Shown here one piece after another: positions 55,125-64,000 of a DNA stretch of 64,000 nucleotides. The notes under the pieces were generated by a model that saw nothing but the letters and a program-made list of their open reading frames with translations, searched no databases and had not been told where the DNA came from. The stretch comes from Eledone cirrhosa (Eukaryota). The position numbers and the translations under genes were made by a program. Location of the stretch: contig OZ024742.1 of NCBI GenBank assembly GCA_964016885.1, positions 264,988,001-265,052,000 on the forward strand. Direction: 5' to 3'. Position 1 is the stretch's first letter. Each line of letters opens with the position of its first letter.

Positions 55125-55420
55125 GGCGGCAGACTCTACACATCAATCTAGGCAGTATGTCTCAGCTGCACCCCGCAGACAAAATAGCGAAAGCATTGCT
55201 GCGGAGAACCGGCAGCGACACTCGTTACTTCAGTCACTCTACCTCACGGGACACGTTCCTCAGAAGGGATGCTGTCCTCCTGATTTTGCGGATGAAACCG
55301 ACAGTTCAGCGACAGAGGACACTTGGGGCCTCGAAAGCGATCGGCACAATAAGGAATCAGTCGGTCAGGTACCGGTTTTGAGCAGTATTCCTCTCCTCCG
55401 TGTTACGGACGGCGGTCGCA
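55125..55420 (-). mobile_element. CRE-like RLE retrotransposon 3' relic
   Basis: Minus strand: NRYLTD*FLIVPIAFE...REVE*LK*RVSLPVLRSNAFAILS resembles the CRE-clade pattern FVP.A.ET...QR.S.A..RGNA..IL. Confidence 0.55.
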
Positions 55421-55656
55421 TTTGTGTCTATTATTGGATTGGCGGTGAATTGGCAGAATATTTAGGACGTTAAATAGAATGCTTTGCGGTACTTTTTCCG
55501 GCTCTCTGCGCTCTGACTTCAAAACAGGCCTTTGATACTTTTGAGGTCGATAAAAGAAGTACCAGTCAGGCACTGTGGGTTAATTATCTCCTTATCTCCC
55601 TCTCTACCACTCTCTCTCTTTATCTCTCTCTCTGCCACTCTCTCTACATCTCCCCC

Positions 55657-55715
<59 letters not shown>

Positions 55716-55827
55716 AAATCGACTAGCCTCAGACCTGGGAAGTGGAAGGGCTCCACAAGGGCTTCACTAGAAGGAGTATCTTAGGACTCTGCCCTCACGA
55801 CGTCTCTTACACCCAGGAGTAAGTGAG

Positions 55828-56098
55828 CGAAGAAGAAGACGGCCACGATGACGACAACCATGATGACGACGATCACCACCACGACAACCATGATGACGAC
55901 GACCACGACGACCACCACAACGACGATAACAACCACGACGACGACGACAACGACGACGAAGAAGAAGAAGAAGAAGAAGAAGAAGAAGAAGAAGAAGAAG
56001 AAGAAGAAGAAGAAGAAGAAGAAGAAGAAGAAGAAGAAGAAAAAGAAAAAGAAGAAGAAGAAGAAGAAGAAGAAGAAGAAGAAGAAGAAGAAGAAGAA
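55828..56098 (+). repeat. Compound (GAC/CAC)n-(GAA)n microsatellite, probably an expanded RTE-type tail
   Basis: Pure trinucleotide runs following a LINE-like 3' end at 55715-55830. Confidence 0.85.
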
Positions 56099-56334
56099 AT
56101 TAGCGTTCTTCTATAACAAGGATAAATCAGGAGTCGATTACACCAACGAAATCTCGTTGGTGAAATGGAGGTTATGTCGTTAATATTTGCTCATCAAAGT
56201 CAACTGAAAAATGAAATAGCTATATCTGGGAATCAAAGCTGTTTAGCGACCTCGGTTCAGCAACAGTATAATACCAACACACTACGGCATATAATGCATG
56301 TATGTGTGTATGTATGTAAGGTCACCAGTTGGTG

Positions 56335-57350
56335 CAACTAGTAACATGTATCCCAGTAAAACCTGTCTCATGGTCGGGTCGTTGGCGACTAAACTGGCAA
56401 CCCCACCAAGGTTTCTTGGTGAGGAGGGTGACTTTGGACATCCTGCAGGACTAAAAACAAAGCTTGTCAAAGGGAAAAGGAGCTCTTAAGGGTCAATGGC
56501 CATCCAAAATCACCGGGAGAGATGACCCCTTAGCCTTTGTCTAGGCAGAATTCTAGGAGAAGGAAAACTCTGATACAACACCTGCAACTCTGATGGTATC
56601 CAAAGATGTTGACTTATTCTTCTTTTTGGTAAATATCATCTTGGTTAACAGAGTGGGACTGGCTTTGTGCAGTGCCTTTGCTCACTATAAAAGCTTCACA
56701 GCACAGGCATTGCTTTATATCTGGAGATCTCTCTGCACTTGTCGTCACATGGTACCATGGGCCCAGCACTATGTGTCAATAATTGTCACAAGTGTACTGT
56801 TTGTACCAGAGTTTTCAAGTCACTGGCTGGACTAAAATGTCACACTCGTTCAGCGCATCGGTAGGGGTTCTCCTACATGGATATAAAGTAGTGGCCGTAC
56901 TCGAAAACGAGTTGGCAGCCACCATGAATGTATGTATGTATGTATGTATGTATGTATGTATGTATGTATGTATGTATGTATGTATGTATGTATGTGTGTA
57001 TGGGATGTGAGGAAGGGGATTGCTGTTGCATTTCCAAACGGCGAAGGTCTTCCTATGGCACTGACATGCCAGCGTCTGTGCGAGACTCTGCCTCAGTAAA
57101 GCTGGACTCGAAATTCATCTTCGCAGTCATAAAGTGAGACCAGTGGTTGACTACCAGGCTGCTGTTGGAGATGCTACTCATCATGCCTGTCAAGCACGTG
57201 GAAGAGAATGTAGATCAGCAGGAGGGCTCAAATTACATGCACAAGTACATGAACTCCAACCACAACTGGCTCTTGCCAGTGAATATTTTACCATGGTTGC
57301 CAACTCCGTGCAAGACATTTTAGATCATTGCCTGGGCTAAAAAGCCGCAT
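56335..57350 (+). mobile_element. Internally deleted RTE element (5' UTR plus C-terminal C2H2 relic)
   Basis: ctaggagaaggaaaactctga is an RTE-type 5' UTR motif; CQARGRECRSAGGLKLHAQVH resembles the terminal zinc finger; interrupted by (ATGT)n. Confidence 0.5.
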
Positions 57351-57479
57351 TCGATCGCAGAACCGTTAATTATTATTGTGTGTGTGTTTGGGGTGTGTGT
57401 GCGTGTATGTATGTGTGCGTATGTATATGTATGTGCATATGTATATATAGATATGTATGTGTGTGTGTATCTGTATTCA

Positions 57480-57543
<64 letters not shown>

Positions 57544-57809
57544 TACATACAGATACAGCTGTGAAAACGGCTTGAGCTCTGCCGTCGGGGTTAAACATTT
57601 TCCTATATATATATATATATATATAATTTTTTTCTCTATTATTATTATTATTATCACTTTTATTTTCTTTCATTATTGTTTCTGAGATATATGCCGGCAA
57701 ATAAATTCACAGTGTGCATTGGTAACCCAGTTAATACAGCACATTGATTATAATTTAAAAAAAAAAAACAGTATACATATATATACATGTGCATATGCAT
57801 ATGTAAATA

Positions 57810-59195
57810 CAAGGAGGGATATCAATCTTACAGTGATAGTGCTCTTCTCAATAAGTGTGCAGTACCAGTCAAAACAATTTTTTGCACCTCGTGCAGAGAG
57901 GGTAATTCAGGAAGCATTCGCAAATATTGTTCTATTCCTTTCTTGATCATTCCCAGTCCTCCCACAATCACTGGTATTGTAACGGCCTTGAGGTGCCACA
58001 TTTTCTCAATTTCAATAAGCAGATCTTTATATTTTCCTAGCTTGTCAAATTCTTTTGCCGCGATATTGTGATGACATGGGATGCTCATATCTATCAACAA
58101 AGAGACCTTGTTATGTTGATCTTTAACAATGATGTCAGGTCTATTTGCTTTTATGGTCCTGTCAATATGTACAGGAAAGTCCTAGAGAATTGTTACTTTT
58201 TCTCCTTCAGTTACAGCCTCAGGGTGATGATTGTACCACTTGTCTTCAGCTTTTATTTTGTAATGCCCACATATTACCCTGTGTAGATATTGGTCAACTC
58301 TGTCATGTCTATATTTGTATTCTACTGGTGCTAAAACTTTACAACCAGAGACTAAGTAATCCACTGTTTCAACCTCATCATTGCAGAATCGGCACTTTGG
58401 GTTTATTCCGTTTCTCATCACATTGGCCTGGTAATTACGAGTCAATAAGCTTTGATCTTGGGCAGTTAAGATGAAGCATCCACTCTCCGCCTTTAGCCCT
58501 GAACTACGTAGCCACTGATGGGTGTGCTTTTGGTCAACATCAGCTTGCTTGCTACCTGCCACATATTTGCCATGCAGAGGTTTCTGCTCCCACTTTGATG
58601 CTAATTGTCCTTGCCTTTTTGCTTTTGCCAGTGATTTTATGTGCCTAGCAGCATTAGTTGCAAGTTTCTTCAGTCTGTCCAGCCTGGGTATCAAGCATGA
58701 GATCAGTAGCATATTTTTTGCTTTCCTTCAAGATAGAATGAAGCTTCTTACTTCTCTCCTGCTTTTCAACAAGTTTCAGCATACAGTCGTTAGTTGTTTC
58801 AAGGTATTTGGCCAGTCCAATGATGGTGGTCTCGTAAGCAAGTACAAATTGGATCAGGCCACGGCCTCCTTGAGTTCTAGGAAGGTAAAGACGATCCACA
58901 TCTGCTTTTGGGTGGTGCATCCTATTACAAGTCAGTAGCTTACGGACTTTGGTGTCGATTCTTTTGATTTCACTCATATTCCAGTTGAACAGACCGAAGC
59001 TATAAGTGACAACTGGGAGTGCCAAGGAATTTATGGCTAACACCTTGTTACGACCGTTTAGTTCTGATCTCAGAACTGCACGTACTCTCCTGTAACATTC
59101 TTTCCTTATCCTCTCTTTCATACTTGCATGCTGTATGCCAGAGCCCTCATTAATTCCTAAGTATTTATAGGTTTGTTCCTGCTCAAGTTTTTTTC
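57810..59195 (-). mobile_element. R4/Dong-clade retrotransposon A, 5'-truncated
   Basis: KERIRKECYRRVRAVL, KPLHGKY, CRFC..VETVDYLVSGC, LIDMSIP, DKLGKYKDL; frameshifted. Confidence 0.9.
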
Positions 59196-59235
<40 letters not shown>

Positions 59236-59246
59236 GTTATTATTAT

Positions 59247-59406
59247 TCCTTGAATCTCAGTCATTGATGTTGGTTAACTGGAAAGTCCGTTGGAATGAAT
59301 ATCAAGCCACTACCTGCAGCCTCAGATATTCAGAACGTATCGGAGGGTTCTTGCTGTTCCCAGCAAGTATGCCTTTTGAAGCGTTCCAAAAAGCGTGAAG
59401 GGGCCG
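59247..59406 (-). mobile_element. R4/Dong short 3' fragment B (family of element D)
   Basis: Near copy of 61615-61775 with a (TAA)n tail. Confidence 0.85.
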
Positions 59407-59419
59407 TATTATTATTATT

Positions 59420-59547
59420 TTTCTTTGTTATTTTATTTCAACCTCTGTTTTTTTTACACGCAGAAATGCCCATTTGTACCGTCCTGTATTGTCCTGTACT
59501 GTCCTTAATGTCTACTTTATGTGAATCCTTGTGGTTAATAAAGAAAA

Positions 59548-59550
<3 letters not shown>
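59420..59550 (+). mobile_element. Tx1/L1 3' UTR fragment
   Basis: Near copy of 11610-11740, ending aataaagaaa plus (att)n. Confidence 0.85.
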
Positions 59551-59631
<81 letters not shown>

Positions 59632-59632
<1 letters not shown>

Positions 59633-61569
59633 GTTGCATTTATCTTGCTTTATGTTCATACGAGTTATCACCAAGTCACAACCAGTGACCTCAAGAGACA
59701 ACAAGGTCCACCATGTTCAAGAAAGAACATACATATTCACACATGCATCTTTAGTGTTTAGACTTGTGATGTACTTATATTGACAGAATCTTCCTTAGTA
59801 TATGGGCAGTTCCCATTAGTACTATCTTTTGTATTTCTCCTATACGCGGGTTTCCTGGGATTTGCGATATGTAATCATTAGACCCCTTAGGTATCATTCC
59901 CAGAGCGCCTACAACCACTGGTATTGTTTTAGTTCTCAATTTCCACATTTTTCCAATTTCTATCTCCAGGTCCTTATACTTGCTCAATTTTTCAAATGTT
60001 TTTATAGATACATTCTTGTCTATTGGAACAGACATATCAATTAGCAGGCATACCCTCTTTTGAAAGTCCTTCAATATTATATCAGGTCTATTTGCATCTA
60101 TTTTTCGGTCTGTTTGGATGCTAAAGTTCCACAAGATTGAGATGTGATCTTTTTCAAGTATGGGAGGTGGTTGATGCTCCCAACAATTCTTTTGATGGGG
60201 AAGGTCAAAAGGCTTACACATTATCCAATGTATGTATTGTGCAGCTCTGTCATGCCTGTTTAGGTATTCGGTTGGAGCTATAGGACTGCACATTGAAATT
60301 ATATGGTCAATGGTCTCTGGTTGTTTTTTGCATACACGACATAATGGGCTGCACCCATTTTTTATTATGTTGGCTTGGTAATTTTTTGTTGGCAAACACT
60401 GATCTTGTGCTGATATAATCAGTCCTTCAGTCTCCGATTACAGTCCAGATGATGCCAACCACTGATGGGTTAAAGTTTTGTCAACATCAGGATTGTTAGC
60501 TCGCTCTGGGTATTTTCCATACAGAGGCTTTTCTTGCCATTTCTTAGCCAGTTTCTGTAGCAGTTCTTTCTTTGCAGTTACTTTTACCTGCTTTGCTTTT
60601 TCTGTGTTTTCCATTTCAGCAGTAAATGGGACTTCTGAAATTTGTAGTCCATTACTGTATCTTTGTGCATCTTTTGTAATGGAATATGATCTTTTGATGC
60701 TTTCGTGTTTCAAAACGAGTTTGATCATCCAATCATGTGATTCCCTTAGATATGTAGATAATCCAATTGTTGCAGTTTTCAACGCAATGTCTAACTGGAT
60801 TAACCCACGTCCTCCTTCTTTCCTAGGGAGATATATTCTATCTATATCTGCCTTAGGGTGATGCATTCTGTGCATGGTTAAGAATTTTCGAATTTTTGTA
60901 TCGAGCCTACGGATCTCTGTGCTTGACCAGTTGATGACATTGTAACTGTAGGTTACTACTGGTATGGCAAGTGTGTTTATGGCATCGATCCTATTCCTTG
61001 CATTCAATTCCGTTCTTAAGATTGCTCTTACTCTGCGGTAACATTCCTTCCTTATCCTTTCCCTCATTGTCGAGTGCTTGTTCCGTCTCCTTCACAAACA
61101 CCTAGATATTTGTAAGTTTTTCTTGATCAAGTTCTCTCATCACGTTCCCCCGATCAAGATTAATGTCTGAACTCTTCAGCAGCTTTCCTCTGGTGAACGT
61201 TGCTTTGGCGCATTTATCTACTCCAAACTCCATTTTAATGTCATCACTGAACTGCTCCACAGTGGATAATAGCCCTTGCAATTGTTCATCATTTTTTGCA
61301 AATAGTTTCAGGTCATCCATGTAGAACAGGTGATTAATGGTTTTGTCATAGACTTTATATTCATGTTTTGTTTCATTGAGCATTTTACTTAATGGTATAA
61401 GTGCGATGCAGAATATAAGCGGTGATAAAGAGTCACCCTGAAAAATTCCACAATTAATATTAACTTCTCCAGCTTCCAGTGATTTTGTTTCACTATTCAA
61501 AAGGAGTGTCGTTTTCCATGTCTTCATACTGAATGACAAAAACCTCCTGACAACGGGGGATATTTTGAA

Positions 61570-61570
<1 letters not shown>
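59632..61570 (-). mobile_element. R4/Dong-clade retrotransposon C, 5'-truncated
   Basis: GIFQGDSLSPL, FYMDDLKL, CRVC..ETIDHIISMC, NRPDII, EKLSKYKDL; (TAA)n on both sides. Confidence 0.92.
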
Positions 61571-61614
<44 letters not shown>

Positions 61615-64000
61615 GTTCTTTGAGTCTCAGTCATTGATGTTAGTTAACTGGAAAGTTTGTTGAAATGAATATCAAGCCACTACTTGCAGCCTCAGATATT
61701 CAGGACGTATCTGAGGGTTCTTGCTGTTCCCAGCAAGCATGCCTTTTGAAGTGTTCCAAAAAGCGGGGCGGGGCCAATTTTCTTTAACCATCCCTGGAAA
61801 CTTTTTGAGATAGTATCTAGTACGCCAATGACAATCAGGACCACTTTGACTTCATAGCAGTTCCAAATCCTTTTTACCCCGCACTTTAAATCCTGGTATC
61901 GGTTAATTTTCTCCCTCTCCTTCTCTTGCACTCTCGTGTCGAATGGGCAGGCTACATCAACAATCAGGCACAATCATTTTTCCTTGTCCACAACCACCAG
62001 GTCAGGTCTATTGTGTTCCAGTTTCTTGTCCGTCTGTATCCTAAAATCCCATAGTACCTTCACCTGATCGTTTTCTATCACCGACTCTGGCTTATGCTCA
62101 TACCACTTCTCAGAATGTGGTAAATTGTTTACTTTGCATAGGTGCCAGTGGATCACCCTGCCCATCACATCATGTCTCCAGCCTTTATAGTGAGTCTGGG
62201 CTAGGTGTTTACACTCGGATACAATGTGAGCCAAAGTCTCCTCTCTCTCTCCACAGATCCTACACAGTGGGATAGCCTCCTCCTTGTAAATATGGTGTTT
62301 CAACCACTTCGTTTTGAGGGCCTGTTCTTGTGCAGCCATTAGCATTCATTCTGTAGTCTTTTTAAGGTCTCCTCTTTTTAACCAGTTCCATGTCTGTTGA
62401 TCTCTAAATTCCGTTTTCTTAAAGAAGGTACTATGAAGGGATTTTTAATGAAGGCTGCTCTTCCTCCTTGTTGTTACTTCCTCCTTGGACATCCCCTGGT
62501 CTATTGTCTTCTCCTTCAGTACAATTTTGAGCATTGGTTCCTTACTGTCAGTCACGTATTTGTGCAGGTTGTTTTTCTCCATCTGAACACAGTCCTCTAT
62601 GCTGATAAGACCTCTTCCACCTTCAGATCTCTTTAAGTAGAGTCTTTCGACATCATTCCTCTTGTGGTATATGTTGTAGATAGTCAATAGCTTCCTAGTC
62701 TTCCTATCCATTTCTTTTTGTTCAGCAACATTCCATTTCAGAATTCCCGCACTGTACCTAATAATAGACACAGCTCGGGAATTCACTGCACTTATGACAT
62801 TCCTACTATTTAGATGTGATTTTAATACGCTCCTTACTCTACTAATGTACTCAGATCTTATCAATTCCTTCATTTTTTTTGTTCTTGATGTCATCTGCCT
62901 CCAGAACACTTAAATATTTGTATCCTTCTTCAGTGTCAATTTTCTTTATCATCTCACCTGTTGGTACCTGGATTCCGTTGCTTCTGCTCAATTTACCTCT
63001 CTTCATCACTAGGACTCCACACTTATTAATACCAAATTCCATACATATATCATTGCTGAAAATATGGACAGTGTCAAAAAGTACATCCAACTCCTTCTCA
63101 CTCTTCCCAAAGAGTTTAAGATCGTCCATGAAGAGGAGGTGGTTGATGGTAAGCTCTCCTTTTCCCAACTTGTATCCTGCTCTCACTTTTCGCAATATAA
63201 TGATCAGGGGTATCAGGGAAGGACAAACAGCAGAGGGAACAAACTATCCCCCTGTAAGATAACTCTCTTGATCTTCATGCCTCCCTAGGATTCTCCATCC
63301 GATGTTAACTCTGTTTCCCAGGACTTCATACTTTTGCTCAACAACTGTATGATGTTATCTGCCACCTTGAAAATCTCTAGGCTTTTCGTTATCCAAGAAT
63401 GAGGTACCTTGTCGAATGCCTTTTTGTAATCTATCCATCCCATGGCAAGACCAGTGTGTCTCCTCTTGCAATTCATCATTACCATCTTATCAATAAGTAA
63501 CTGGTCTTTTGTACCACGGGACTTCTTTCGGCATCTTTTCTGTTCGTCCGGTAACAAGTTGTTTATGTGGAGGTGATGGTAGATTTCCTCAGACACAATG
63601 CTTGTTAACAGTTTTCACATTACGGACAGACATGTGATAGGTCTATAGTTGGTAACATCATTACCTTTAATTCGGTTTTTCATTATCAGAACTGTGCTAC
63701 CTTTTGTCAACCACTCTGGTACCTCACCTGACATCAAGCAGTCATTGAACATGGTTGTCAGTTTCGAGTGAAGGGATATTATATTTTTAATCCAATACCC
63801 CTGCACACCATCTGGGTCTGGTGATTTCCACTTGGTTAGTTTTTTGGCCTGCCCTTTATGGGTTTCAACTGTGATACTCAAATCAGTTTGTTGGTGTGCT
63901 TGTTCACTAATCTCGTTTTGTACTGTCTCAATCCACACTGCCTGACTATTATGTTCAACATCCAGCTCCCATATTCCTCTCCAGAATGTCTTAGTCTGTT
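61615..64000 (-). mobile_element. R4/Dong-clade retrotransposon D, continues beyond the window
   Basis: [55 protein letters not shown]; stops and frameshifts. Confidence 0.92.

Noticed and set aside
55823-56183. Poly-D/H/E or poly-T/K protein
   Set aside because: Trinucleotide microsatellite following a LINE 3' end; no splice or homology support.
56339-56470. HDV-like or twister ribozyme in the RTE 5' UTR
   Set aside because: ggtcacc/ggtgact could be P1 and gaggaggg recalls twister, but the HDV L3/P1.1 and twister UAA/CCC/GC cores are missing and the segment folds as a simple caccaag/cttggtg hairpin.

Overview
Very AT-rich, microsatellite-dense animal DNA. The repeat families (tRNA-derived Meta- and CORE-type SINEs, RTE, R4/Dong and Penelope elements) suggest an octopus or other coleoid cephalopod; this is inferred, not verified. 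The only recognisable host gene is the 3' end of the circadian bHLH-PAS factor BMAL1/ARNTL (cycle) on the + strand. Its terminal coding exon (24436-24620) encodes ...[31 protein letters not shown], preceded by a phase-compatible exon at 20867-20983 and a probable exon at 1045-1093. CpG-poor, U-rich sequence continues to a well-formed poly(A) site at about 45.13 kb, suggesting a 3' UTR of up to about 20 kb. The rest is transposon-derived: many Penelope-like (PLE) pieces in (TA)n tracts, several forming snap-back palindromes and carrying minimal hammerhead ribozyme motifs (one apparently intact, several with the U3:A8 variant core); a young RTE LINE with an embedded PHD-like finger; Tx1/L1, CR1-like and CRE-like relics; a non-autonomous Helitron; and a head-to-tail chain of R4/Dong elements nested in (TAA)n at 57.8-64 kb. 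There is one 200-N assembly gap. Most ORFs in the supplied track are microsatellite artefacts.
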